A DNA stretch of 64,000 nt from a virus: positions 1 through 64,000 of the IMG/VR virus record IMGVR_UViG_3300005805_000049; one strand, written 5' to 3'. The position numbers and the translations under genes were made by a program. Numbering within the stretch: the stretch's first letter is position 1; each line of letters opens with the position of its first letter. The notes under the pieces were generated by a model, which searched no databases, had not been told where the DNA came from, and saw only the letters and a program-made list of their open reading frames with translations. Of this stretch, positions 46,913 through 56,024 are shown one piece after another.

Positions 46913-48613
46913 ATGATCACGCTTCATAAAATTAGATATCAGAATTTCTTGGCAAGTGGTAATCAGCCAATTGAAATCAAACTTGACAGTGCAAAAACTA
47001 CGCTAATTGTGGGCACCAATGGGGTTGGCAAATCGACAATCAGCGAGGCTCTATGTTTTGCGTTGTATGGTAAACCATTTCGAAACATTAACAAACCTCA
47101 GTTGGTCAACTCAATCACTGGAAAGAATCTACTAGTTGAGTTAGAGTTTACTGCTGATAAGAAAGGATATTTAATTCGGAGAGGATTGAAGCCAACTGTA
47201 TTTGAGATATTTTGTGAGGGTAAGCTGATCGATCAATCTGCTGAAAATAAAGACTATCAGAAGATGATCGACACTTCAATCATGAAAATCAACTACAAAG
47301 CATTCTGTCAAAGAGTAATTCTTGGCTCTGCCAACTTCGTTCCATTTATGCAATTGGCTGCAGCAGCCCGTCGTAATTTCATCGAAGATCTATTGGACAT
47401 TCAGATTTTCACGACGATGAATCAATTGTTAAAGGAAAAGGTTAATGCAAACAAGGCCCAGCTGGTTGAAGTAGACAATCAGATTACGATTTGCAATAAG
47501 TTGCTTGCAGTTAATCGTTCACACAGAGAACAATTAAAGCAGCAGTCTGATCAGACAGTAGACAACAATAACAAACAAATCGAGCAATACACTGCAACGA
47601 TTGCTGAACTACAACAGCAAAATCAGCAGTTAACAGAGAAGATTGACAATCTTCAACAACAATACAGTGCAGTAGTTGAAGTGCAGCAAAAGGCTAGTAA
47701 AGTTAATACAGCTATTAACAAGCTTCAGATAGACAACCAAAAGCATGACAACGAGATGCAATTCTATTCCAACTCATCGTTTTGCTCGACCTGTGAACAG
47801 CCAATAGACCAGCAATTCAAACACAATAGAATTACTCAGCTGCAAGACAAACTGCAATCGAATAAGATTACTTTTGATAAGCTACAACGAATGCAAGATA
47901 AGTTATCAATTGCAATAGATAAGTTTGAGCAGCTGCAAAGTAAAATATCATCATTGCAGCAACAGCAACAGCAAAACAACAACACCATCATGGTAAACAA
48001 CAAGTTGATTTGCAACTTGCAACGGCATAATCAGCAAGTTCAGCAATATCAAGAAGTAGATGACACAGAGTATTTGACGCAACTAGAACAGTTGCAGCAG
48101 CAGAAGAAGATGTTGTTAGAACAACGAGAGTTGAATAACATTGCTTCAGTTCTATTAAAAGATGATGGAATTAAGACACAAGTAATCAAGCAGTATATTC
48201 CAGTGATAAATAATTCGATCAATCGTTACTTGGATCAAATGGGGTTCTTTTGTAAGTTTGAAATCGATTCCAACTTTGATGAGAAGATCAAGTCTCGTTA
48301 TCGTGATGAATTCTCTTACAGTTCATTTTCTGAAGGAGAAAAGACACGAATCGATTTGGCTTTATTGTTCACGTGGAGAGAGATTGCTAAAGTTCGAAAC
48401 TCATCATCAATCAACCTACTAATTCTTGACGAAATCATGGATTCTTCATTGGATTCATCAGGAACAGATGAATTTGTCAATATCATTAGCAAGTTCAGTG
48501 ACAACAACAACGTGATCGTAATAAGCCACAAGACTGAGAACATTATTGATAAGTTCGAAAGGACGATTCAGTTTCATAAAGTGCAAAATTTTAGTCAGAT
48601 AAAGGAGCAATAA
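46913..48613 (+). CDS. gp46: Recombination ATPase gp46 (Rad50/SbcC-like)
   Basis: GTNGVGKST, CSTC zinc hook, FSEGEK, LILDE. Confidence 0.95.
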   Translation: MITLHKIRYQNFLASGNQPIEIKLDSAKTTLIVGTNGVGKSTISEALCFALYGKPFRNINKPQLVNSITGKNLLVELEFTADKKGYLIRRGLKPTVFEIFCEGKLIDQSAENKDYQKMIDTSIMKINYKAFCQRVILGSANFVPFMQLAAAARRNFIEDLLDIQIFTTMNQLLKEKVNANKAQLVEVDNQITICNKLLAVNRSHREQLKQQSDQTVDNNNKQIEQYTATIAELQQQNQQLTEKIDNLQQQYSAVVEVQQKASKVNTAINKLQIDNQKHDNEMQFYSNSSFCSTCEQPIDQQFKHNRITQLQDKLQSNKITFDKLQRMQDKLSIAIDKFEQLQSKISSLQQQQQQNNNTIMVNNKLICNLQRHNQQVQQYQEVDDTEYLTQLEQLQQQKKMLLEQRELNNIASVLLKDDGIKTQVIKQYIPVINNSINRYLDQMGFFCKFEIDSNFDEKIKSRYRDEFSYSSFSEGEKTRIDLALLFTWREIAKVRNSSSINLLILDEIMDSSLDSSGTDEFVNIISKFSDNNNVIVISHKTENIIDKFERTIQFHKVQNFSQIKEQ

Positions 48614-49038
48614 TGCCAATCATTATTTCGATGTTAATTGTGCTGATCTCAACAAATGTTGCATTGGCAAAACCAAGAGATTATCCAGTAACTAGAGTGG
48701 TTGATGGAGACACGGTTGAATTTAAAGCGCCATTCTTAATTGAAGAGCTAGGAACAACTTTGAAACTTAGAGTACTAGGAGTTGATACCCCAGAAAAAGG
48801 TAAAGCAGCAAAATGTGACAAAGAAGAACAGATGAGTCTTCGAGCGAAGCTATTCACTGAACAGCAAATTTCTAACGGAAAGAAGATTCAGGTTGAAATC
48901 AAGAAGTGGGACAAGTACGGTGGAAGAGTTCTTGGAGATGTACTTATTGACGGTAAATCTCTAAGCAAGATGTTGATTGACAATAAGTATGCCGTTTCAT
49001 ATAATGGAAAAGGAGCAAAACATGATTGGTGTAAATAA
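48613..49038 (+). CDS. Thermonuclease (SNase) family protein with signal peptide
   Basis: VVDGDT, RVLGVDTPE, DKYGGRVLG; hydrophobic N-terminus ending ALA. Confidence 0.88.
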   Translation: MPIIISMLIVLISTNVALAKPRDYPVTRVVDGDTVEFKAPFLIEELGTTLKLRVLGVDTPEKGKAAKCDKEEQMSLRAKLFTEQQISNGKKIQVEIKKWDKYGGRVLGDVLIDGKSLSKMLIDNKYAVSYNGKGAKHDWCK

Positions 49039-49504
49039 ATTTGTAATTGTTGTGGTAGCACTGTTTGCGTTTGCTATGTTTTCTCCAGCTAAAGCATACT
49101 GCGAATGGCCATGCTTTGAGTCTACTGAAAAAACAAAAACAGTCAAGACATATAAGAAGAAACCCAAACAAGTATCGTTGAGAAAGCAAATTGAGTCGAT
49201 TCCAGTAATTGGAGATGTCGCGCGACTATTTCAAGCTGGAATAGCTTCATTCTATTGGCAGCCTCAAGCAGTTGCGTGTGGAGGCAGATTCAATCCGAAT
49301 GCTTTAACAGCTGCTCACAAGACACTGAAATGTGGTTCAAAAGTTAGAGTAACCAATAAAAGAAATGGTAAGTCAGTTGTTGTTACGATCAATGATCGAG
49401 GACCTTATATCAAAGGTAGAGTAATTGACCTGTCAAAAGCTGCTGCTCAAAGAATTGGTATGGTTTCTTCAGGATTAGCTCCAGTGACAATCGAGATTCA
49501 ATAA
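49022..49504 (+). CDS. RlpA-like (DPBB) lytic transglycosylase with signal peptide
   Basis: GIASFY, TAAHKTL, VVVTINDRGPY..GRVIDLS..AA. Confidence 0.88.
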   Translation: MIGVNKFVIVVVALFAFAMFSPAKAYCEWPCFESTEKTKTVKTYKKKPKQVSLRKQIESIPVIGDVARLFQAGIASFYWQPQAVACGGRFNPNALTAAHKTLKCGSKVRVTNKRNGKSVVVTINDRGPYIKGRVIDLSKAAAQRIGMVSSGLAPVTIEIQ

Positions 49505-50031
49505 TGGAAGATGTTAGTAAGCCATTAATTGCTCATACAGATCCGTCGTTATTGATTAACACTGAGAAGTTTGACTTTTCACAAAGCGATATTGATCCAA
49601 ATCAGCTTGCTCATATTCTTGCTCAAACGATGATTAAGGCAAACTGCTTTAGTCTATCAGCTCCGCAAATTGGATTGCCGTATAGAGCGTTCATTATCGC
49701 TGGAACACCAATGATTTGTTGTTTCAATCCAGTAATTGTTGACCAAACAACAGAGACAGAGTATCTTGAAGAGGTCTGTTGCAGCTACCCATCGCTCGTT
49801 CTGAAGAAAAAGCGGCCGAAGAACATTAAAGTTCGGTATACTCAACCAAACGGTGAAGTTATTACTCGAAAGTTGATCGGGCTATCATCTCGGCTATTTC
49901 AACATGAATTGGATCATTTGAATGGTGTACCATTCCACAGTGGACATACACGGCTTTCACTAGAAATAGCATTCCGTAAAGCTAAAGCTGCCGGACACCA
50001 TTACAAACATAGTGACTTCAAAGGAGAATGA
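49504..50031 (+). CDS. def: Peptide deformylase-like protein with atypical motifs
   Basis: LSAPQIG, EEVCCS (cf. EGCLS), FQHELDHLNG. Confidence 0.75.
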   Translation: MEDVSKPLIAHTDPSLLINTEKFDFSQSDIDPNQLAHILAQTMIKANCFSLSAPQIGLPYRAFIIAGTPMICCFNPVIVDQTTETEYLEEVCCSYPSLVLKKKRPKNIKVRYTQPNGEVITRKLIGLSSRLFQHELDHLNGVPFHSGHTRLSLEIAFRKAKAAGHHYKHSDFKGE

Positions 50032-50072
50032 ATCACGTTTTCAAGGGAAAAATTATTAAATTGACAGTTTTT

Positions 50073-50115
50073 AACCTCCGTAGTTTTATAAATACTGTAA
50101 AAACTACGGAGGGTT
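50073..50115 (+). promoter_or_regulatory. RBS-sequestering hairpin with embedded late promoter
   Basis: CCTCCGTAGTTTT pairs with AAAACTACGGAGG (contains the SD); TATAAATA at 50087-50094. Confidence 0.8.
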
Positions 50116-50118
50116 ACA

Positions 50119-50943
50119 ATGTACTATTTAATGATAAAAGAGATCGAGCAAACAGGCATGAAGTACTTGTGTAAGAGAAAGTTTAATCCCGCTGACGAAA
50201 ACGACCATTTAAATTACAAAGGATCTGGGGTTTTATGGCGTAGGATTTTGAAAGCTCATCCTGAATATACGATTAAAACTACCGTTCTAGGACTTTTTTC
50301 AAAAGAGCAATTAAAGATACAAGGGTTGTACTACAGTGAACTATACAATATTGTAGAAGACTCTCAGTGGGCAAATTTCATTAACGAAGTTGGCGATGGA
50401 GGTGACACGTCAAAAACCCCCGGATACATTGAAGCGATGAAAAATAGGGTTCCAGATCCTTTGAATGGAAAAAGAAAAACGATCCATCACCCAGCAACAG
50501 GAGAAGTGAGAAGAATTCTTCCAGACACACCATTGCCTGAAGGGTTTGTTTGGGGTAACTGTAAAGGGAAAGGGTTTGGGCCGCGTAAAGGCAGTACTGT
50601 AGTTTATCATAACGGCACTCAAAAAATTTACGTACCAAAGGGCGAGTCCCCGCCACCTGGGTTTAAGAAAGGGCTTCACTATGAAGGAACAACAAAGGGC
50701 AAGATCGGCTATTTTAATCCTGAAACTGGGCACAAAACATACCTCCAGGAAAGTGATGTGCCACCACAAGGATATGTTAAAGGTCTACCGCCAACAACAG
50801 GAAAGTTGATTCGGACCCCGCATGGGGTGTATAATTCAGTGCAGCAGTGTATGAGATCATTAAATCTTACACGCTATCAAGTTGAGCAAAATATCAAGTA
50901 TAAAGAAGGATGGAAATATGAATCAATCACCAAGAGCTTATAA
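50119..50943 (+). mobile_element. Free-standing Seg-like (GIY-YIG-related) homing endonuclease
   Basis: YYLMIK...TGMKYLCK...YKGSG..W N-terminal domain; three P.G(F/Y)..G C-terminal repeats; T4-type regulatory hairpin upstream. Confidence 0.7.
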
Positions 50944-51427
50944 ATGGGTAAGTACCAAGGAATATGTTGATGCTTTTCCTGTAGCATACCGTCAACATAA
51001 GGCGGACAGTCATTGCAATTTAATTCATGGGTATTCGTTTAGTATGAAGTTTTGGTTTGGTTGCGATACGCTCGATGCTCGAAACTGGTGTAGTGATTAC
51101 GGCGGCTTGAAGGAACTAAAAAATATGCTGGAAAGTCTGTTTGACCACACTCTACTGGTCGCTGAAGATGATCCAGAAATTGAAACATTTCTGTTGCTAC
51201 GAGACAAGAAGATGGCTAAGCTAACGATCCTTCCGAAGCTTGGTTGCGAGAGTCTTGCAGATTATCTGTATAAGTATGTTAATGGCGTATACATCCCTGA
51301 CATGTGGGGGCCAAGCGAAGCCCTGCGTCTATGGTGCTTCAGAGTAGAGGTTCGAGAGACTCAAGCTAATATGGCATTTCGTGAAGGCCACAGAGAGTGG
51401 AACGAAGACCTTTTTGAAGGAGTTTGA
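50918..51427 (+). CDS. queD: 6-carboxytetrahydropterin synthase QueD
   Basis: HCNLIHGY, DYGGLK, FDHT, G.E..A, EVRET. Confidence 0.88.
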   Translation: MNQSPRAYKWVSTKEYVDAFPVAYRQHKADSHCNLIHGYSFSMKFWFGCDTLDARNWCSDYGGLKELKNMLESLFDHTLLVAEDDPEIETFLLLRDKKMAKLTILPKLGCESLADYLYKYVNGVYIPDMWGPSEALRLWCFRVEVRETQANMAFREGHREWNEDLFEGV

Positions 51428-52314
51428 CAGTGTTTGGCAAAAACGAAATTATTGGACAGAAGTATTTTAATGATGTTAAAGACAATCAGCTGTTCGTCAC
51501 ATCGATGTTCTTTACCCTGCAAGGAGAAGGAGTTTATGCTGGCAAACCAGCACTGTTTATTCGTCTAGCAAAATGCAACCTTGCATGCAGTTTTTGCGAT
51601 ACGTTCTTTGATGACGGTGACTGGATGACGTTTGATCAAGTAGAAATGAAGATCGAACAAACAATTGATGACCACTTTGCAAAGCAAAAGATCGATCGTC
51701 CTGATTGGACGAGACACGGTCCTCTAATCTCTTATAAGAAGAAAATGGTACTAGTTATTACTGGTGGAGAACCAACTTTGCAGAAAAACATTGGTCCATT
51801 TCTCAATAAGATGAAAGATATCTTTCAACACACGCAGATTGAGACTAATGGAATTGTGTTTCAGCCATCAATTCCATTGGAAACGACGCTTGTGGTTTCA
51901 CCAAAGTGTCTGGAAAAGGATGGTAAGCCAGTTCGATACACCAAGCCAAATCAGCAGGTGTTGGATAGAGCGAAATGCTTGAAGTTTGTTGTTACAGCAG
52001 ATAAAGATAGCCCTTACCATACAATTCCTGAATGGGCATTTCAGTGGACAAATAGAGGGTCAAAGCCAATCTTTATTAGTCCAATGAATGTTTATAACGA
52101 TCAGCCAAAGAAGTCTAAACTACTGCGACAGTCAGGAGTCAATAGGATTGATATCGATCAAAGATCGACAGTTGACGAAATAATTTCGTTCTGGGAACCT
52201 GGATTGTTGAATATGCAAGCAAATCAACGTAATCATGAGTATGCAGCTGAATATTGTGTCAACAATGGGTTTACAATGAATCTACAAATGCATTTGTATG
52301 CTAGCCTTGCTTAA
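51424..52314 (+). CDS. queE: 7-carboxy-7-deazaguanine synthase QueE (radical SAM)
   Basis: FFTLQGEG..AGKPALFIRL..CNLACSFCDT, ITGGEP, IETNG, VSPK, LQMH. Start may be GTG at 51430. Confidence 0.92.
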   Translation: MTVFGKNEIIGQKYFNDVKDNQLFVTSMFFTLQGEGVYAGKPALFIRLAKCNLACSFCDTFFDDGDWMTFDQVEMKIEQTIDDHFAKQKIDRPDWTRHGPLISYKKKMVLVITGGEPTLQKNIGPFLNKMKDIFQHTQIETNGIVFQPSIPLETTLVVSPKCLEKDGKPVRYTKPNQQVLDRAKCLKFVVTADKDSPYHTIPEWAFQWTNRGSKPIFISPMNVYNDQPKKSKLLRQSGVNRIDIDQRSTVDEIISFWEPGLLNMQANQRNHEYAAEYCVNNGFTMNLQMHLYASLA

Positions 52315-52323
52315 GGAGGAATA

Positions 52324-52746
52324 ATGATATTTTCTTATGAAAGAACAGTTCGGTCAATTGAGCTGTTATCTGCTGAAATTGCACAGTCAGATACCAAATA
52401 CGACTATATCTGTGCATTAGTGCGCGGGGGAACAATTCCAGCAACAATGCTATCACATAAACTGAACATTCCAATGTTTACGATCAACTGTTCTCTACGT
52501 GATCATAAGATGTTGGATGCATCAAATCAGGTACATTGGTTTTTGCAAACGAAGAAAGTTTTAGTCGTTGACGACATCATTGATTCAGGAGAGTCTGCCC
52601 TAGCTGTTCGGCGAATGGCTGAACCTGCAAAGGTAGATTTTTGTGCTTTGGTGTACAATCAAGAAAGTGGGATCGAATGTAAACACTATGCGTTGCCAAT
52701 ACGTCGTTCGGTCGACAAACAATGGGTTGAATTTTTCTGGGAGTAA
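52324..52746 (+). CDS. Purine phosphoribosyltransferase (Gpt/XGPRT-like)
   Basis: RGG..PA..LSH, PRPP-binding VLVVDDIIDSG, C-term WV.F.WE as in Gpt. Confidence 0.88.
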   Translation: MIFSYERTVRSIELLSAEIAQSDTKYDYICALVRGGTIPATMLSHKLNIPMFTINCSLRDHKMLDASNQVHWFLQTKKVLVVDDIIDSGESALAVRRMAEPAKVDFCALVYNQESGIECKHYALPIRRSVDKQWVEFFWE

Positions 52747-52749
52747 ATA

Positions 52750-53445
52750 ATGGCTATTTCTGAAGTTATCAAGGCTAGGTTGAAAGATGCTGGCGTTCGT
52801 TATTTTGCTAATGACAACATTAGCAAATATATTCTCGAAGACGAAAGAGCAATGCTTGTAGATGAATTGACTGGTAAGTTTGAACATGTGTTGCAGTCTA
52901 TGGTGATTGATACAGTTAACGATCCCAATTCAGCGGAAACTGCTCGGCGTCTTGCAAAGATGTATGTGTATGAGTTATTCGAAGGTCGTTACTTTCCCCC
53001 TCCAGAAGTTACTGCATTTCCAAATGACGGATCGGCTGGTACTAAACCGTATCATGGACTATTGACAATTCGAGCAGAATTAAAGTCTATCTGTTCCCAT
53101 CACCACCAAACAGTTTCTGGAGTAGCATATATTGGAATTATTCCGAAGACCAAAGTAATTGGCCTTTCTAAGTATGTTCGTCTTGCTCAGCACTGCGCTC
53201 GACGAGGAACACTGCAGGAAGAACTGTGCAATGATATTGCTGAAACTATTATGCTAGCGACCGAATCGGAAAACGTTGCAGTGCACGTTGCAGCTGAACA
53301 TGGATGTTGCACCAATAGAGGCGTAATGGCAAAGTCGTCATTGACTCAAACCACAGTACTTCACGGAATGTTCTATATTAATTCTGTTAAGCAAGAGTTT
53401 TTTGATAACATCAAAATGCAGAGTCGGTTAGACGCTGTAGGCTGA
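52750..53445 (+). CDS. folE: GTP cyclohydrolase I FolE
   Basis: DPNS.ETA.R.AKMY, SICSHH, IGLSKY.R, LQE, HGC...RGV. Confidence 0.93.
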   Translation: MAISEVIKARLKDAGVRYFANDNISKYILEDERAMLVDELTGKFEHVLQSMVIDTVNDPNSAETARRLAKMYVYELFEGRYFPPPEVTAFPNDGSAGTKPYHGLLTIRAELKSICSHHHQTVSGVAYIGIIPKTKVIGLSKYVRLAQHCARRGTLQEELCNDIAETIMLATESENVAVHVAAEHGCCTNRGVMAKSSLTQTTVLHGMFYINSVKQEFFDNIKMQSRLDAVG

Positions 53446-53450
53446 TGCTG

Positions 53451-53479
53451 TTGACTTGTTATTATTATTGTAGTATGAT
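53451..53479 (+). promoter_or_regulatory. Sigma70-like early promoter TTGACT-N17-TATGAT
   Basis: Intergenic, upstream of the 53509 ORF. Confidence 0.7.
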
Positions 53480-53508
53480 CGTTCAATCATGATAACAAGG
53501 AGACTGCA

Positions 53509-53721
53509 ATGAATGATCTAACAAAGTATGCCAAAGCTGTTGACCAAGCTGCAAACTTGGTAGAAGCTCAACAGGCAATGGAAGTTCTGCTTAACCAGTT
53601 CAAGCATAAGAGTAAAGTCAAACTGTTTGAAAAGTACACACAGATGAAAGGTTCCAAGTCTCGTTTACAGAAATGGGCTTGGGACCTTGTTCTTGTTGGC
53701 TTCAATGAAAGGGTGATCTGA
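53509..53721 (+). CDS. Hypothetical protein (70 aa)
   Basis: AAGGAG RBS downstream of the early promoter. Confidence 0.65.
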   Translation: MNDLTKYAKAVDQAANLVEAQQAMEVLLNQFKHKSKVKLFEKYTQMKGSKSRLQKWAWDLVLVGFNERVI

Positions 53722-53722
53722 C

Positions 53723-54211
53723 ATGTCTAAGCGCTTGACTAACAAATGGACTGCCACTACTACCGAAGCTTTTGGAGACAACGAACAGACCAGAAAGGGT
53801 AACCTCGCTGAGTTGATGTACTACAAGTATGCAATTCCTCTATATGACCAAGTTCAGCATTTTCCCAGCGATCGGCAGAAGCAATTGCAGGGAGCTGACA
53901 TCGTTCTTTATCAGAACCACTGGTCTCGTCCATATACTGTGGACGTCAAAGCGAATATGATGAACAGAGGGTTGTTTTTTGTAGACACTTCTCCAGATGG
54001 TTGGCTTTTCAATCCAAGGAAGACCAATGACCGAGTTTGCCATGTTTGTGTAGAGACTGCATGGGCAATCGAGTATGATGCCAACGAGATGCGAAAGTTT
54101 ATTCGTAAGCAGAAGGCGAAAGGTCCGTTGATTGCATTTGATGCATTCAAGACCAAGTTTCCGTTCAAGGTACGTAAATTCAAGATGGAGAATGTTAATG
54201 CACAAGCATAA
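53723..54211 (+). CDS. PD-(D/E)XK nuclease-fold protein
   Basis: G..AE helix, QLQGAD, VDVK catalytic-like motif. Confidence 0.6.
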   Translation: MSKRLTNKWTATTTEAFGDNEQTRKGNLAELMYYKYAIPLYDQVQHFPSDRQKQLQGADIVLYQNHWSRPYTVDVKANMMNRGLFFVDTSPDGWLFNPRKTNDRVCHVCVETAWAIEYDANEMRKFIRKQKAKGPLIAFDAFKTKFPFKVRKFKMENVNAQA

Positions 54212-54563
54212 AATGATTTGGGTTCGCTTTCAGAAAGAAGGAATTCATAAGTATCCTCAAGCTCTAACCGATCCAAGGTTAGAGCAAGTTAGTTTCCTTG
54301 GTTATCCTCATCGTCATATGTTTCATATCAAGGTTTCGATCGAAGTATTTCATGATGATAGGGAGATTGAATTCATTCTATTCAAGAGAGAACTGGAGTC
54401 ATTGTATGGCAACGGTACTCTGCAGCTGGATTATAAGTCATGTGAAATGATTTGTGACGATCTATATAAATACCTAAATAGTAAATATCCTGGCAGAGAT
54501 TGTGTAATTGAAGTTTCTGAAGATGGTGAAAATGGTGCAATCTGCCACTATCCAAAGGAGTAA
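54198..54563 (+). CDS. Second QueD-like T-fold protein, DpdL-like (candidate CDG decarboxylase)
   Basis: LGYPHRHMF matches the LxxxHRHxF signature recalled for DpdL; also DREIEF, SCEM, VSEDGENG. Confidence 0.7.
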   Translation: MHKHKMIWVRFQKEGIHKYPQALTDPRLEQVSFLGYPHRHMFHIKVSIEVFHDDREIEFILFKRELESLYGNGTLQLDYKSCEMICDDLYKYLNSKYPGRDCVIEVSEDGENGAICHYPKE

Positions 54564-54567
54564 GTAA

Positions 54568-54891
54568 ATGGAAGACAAAGATTTTCTAGCGTTGGTTAAG
54601 AAGGTGCTGGAAGAGCAAACAAAGCCAAAACAAGTGCCAGTCGAGCAAGAGTTAAAAAAGTGGAAAAAAGCTGGATATACCCACACTGCAGAAACGAAGA
54701 ATACCCACGTTCTGCAGAAAAAGAAAGGTAAAGATCTTCATCAGATAACAATCCATCACAAGGATGGGATGGTTACTCACAATGAGCCTTTAACGTTGAT
54801 ACGTAAGCCGTCTGAAGAAATGAAAAAAGATGTTGAACACGCACGTAAAACCGTAGAAGCAATCAAGAGTAAGCGTAGAAAAATGAACTAA
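54568..54891 (+). CDS. Basic hypothetical protein
   Basis: AAGGAG RBS; TATAAATA at 54465-54472 upstream. Confidence 0.6.
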   Translation: MEDKDFLALVKKVLEEQTKPKQVPVEQELKKWKKAGYTHTAETKNTHVLQKKKGKDLHQITIHHKDGMVTHNEPLTLIRKPSEEMKKDVEHARKTVEAIKSKRRKMN

Positions 54892-54911
54892 CTGCTTGAG
54901 AAGGATATATA

Positions 54912-55742
54912 ATGGATTTTTGTCATATTTCGCCTACCAAATATCTAACTACATTTTGTTCCAATCAACGCAGCCATCTTCTACTAGCCCATCTAGTAGA
55001 AGATGATCCTGTTTATAGGCAATGGTATATCGATAACAAGAACGCTAACCCAGAGACCACTTACATACTTGATAATAGTGCTTTTGAACTGTTTAAGCAA
55101 GGTAAGCCGATGTACAAATCGTCGAAACTTATTGAGATGGGCAAAGCAGTTGGTGCAGATTACATCGTGATGTCTGATTATCCAAATGAACCCTGGGAAA
55201 AGACTCGTGACGCTGCTGAACTACTCGGTCCACAATTCAAGGATGCTGGATTTGGTACATTCTATTGCCCTCAATCAACTATCGGTAATCTAAAGGAATT
55301 GATTCGCTCGTATTGGTGGGCTGCAAAGTCTCCACTAGTGGATTATATCGGGTTCTCTATTCTAGCAATTCCTAATGCATATTCTGTTGAACGAGACAAC
55401 AAACTACAGCGATTCTGTGCTCGATGGAAGTTTATGCTAACTTGTTCAGAGATTGGATTGTTACAAAAGATCTATGCAAACAAGAAGAAAGTGCATATGC
55501 TGGGAATGGTCGATGGACCAAATGAAATCTTACTGCTTGGCCGTTGGCACAAGATGATAGATACTTGGGACTCTTCTGCTGCTGTGTGGGCTGGGTTAAA
55601 CAACATCTCATTTGATCAGTCGCCAACTGGACTGATTAATGGTAAGTTTGAGACTCATGTAGACTTTAATCATAGCACAGCAACCGATCAGCAGATCGAA
55701 CTAGCCAAGCTAAACATCAACTACATTGATAGCCTATTCTAA
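54912..55742 (+). CDS. TGT-fold protein, divergent DpdA-like 7-deazaguanine transglycosylase
   Basis: ILDNSAFE (cf. DSGxF), internal SD, HMLG and DTWDSS motifs in TGT order; inside the que cluster. Confidence 0.7.
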   Translation: MDFCHISPTKYLTTFCSNQRSHLLLAHLVEDDPVYRQWYIDNKNANPETTYILDNSAFELFKQGKPMYKSSKLIEMGKAVGADYIVMSDYPNEPWEKTRDAAELLGPQFKDAGFGTFYCPQSTIGNLKELIRSYWWAAKSPLVDYIGFSILAIPNAYSVERDNKLQRFCARWKFMLTCSEIGLLQKIYANKKKVHMLGMVDGPNEILLLGRWHKMIDTWDSSAAVWAGLNNISFDQSPTGLINGKFETHVDFNHSTATDQQIELAKLNINYIDSLF

Positions 55743-55751
55743 GGAGTGATC

Positions 55752-56024
55752 ATGTTTAAATATGATGAAGACAAGACACTTGATCAGTGTCTGGAATACA
55801 TTCAATCAACATATAAGCAGCATTATGTCAATGACAAGGGCGTTCAGTTAATGGACCTATTCTTCAGTGATCCTGAAGAAGGTGTGGTATTTTGTAAGAC
55901 CAATGCTATTAAGTATCTGACGCGTTTTGGTAAGAAGGAAGGAAACAATAAGAAAGATCTATTGAAAGCGATGCACTACATTGTGCTATTAACACATTGT
56001 ATCAATAAAATGGAGCAACAATAA
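55752..56024 (+). CDS. DUF3310-like protein (T7 gp1.7 nucleotide-kinase-related family)
   Basis: HY...F...NAIKYL.R.GKK.G...DL.KA..Y. Confidence 0.75.
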   Translation: MFKYDEDKTLDQCLEYIQSTYKQHYVNDKGVQLMDLFFSDPEEGVVFCKTNAIKYLTRFGKKEGNNKKDLLKAMHYIVLLTHCINKMEQQ

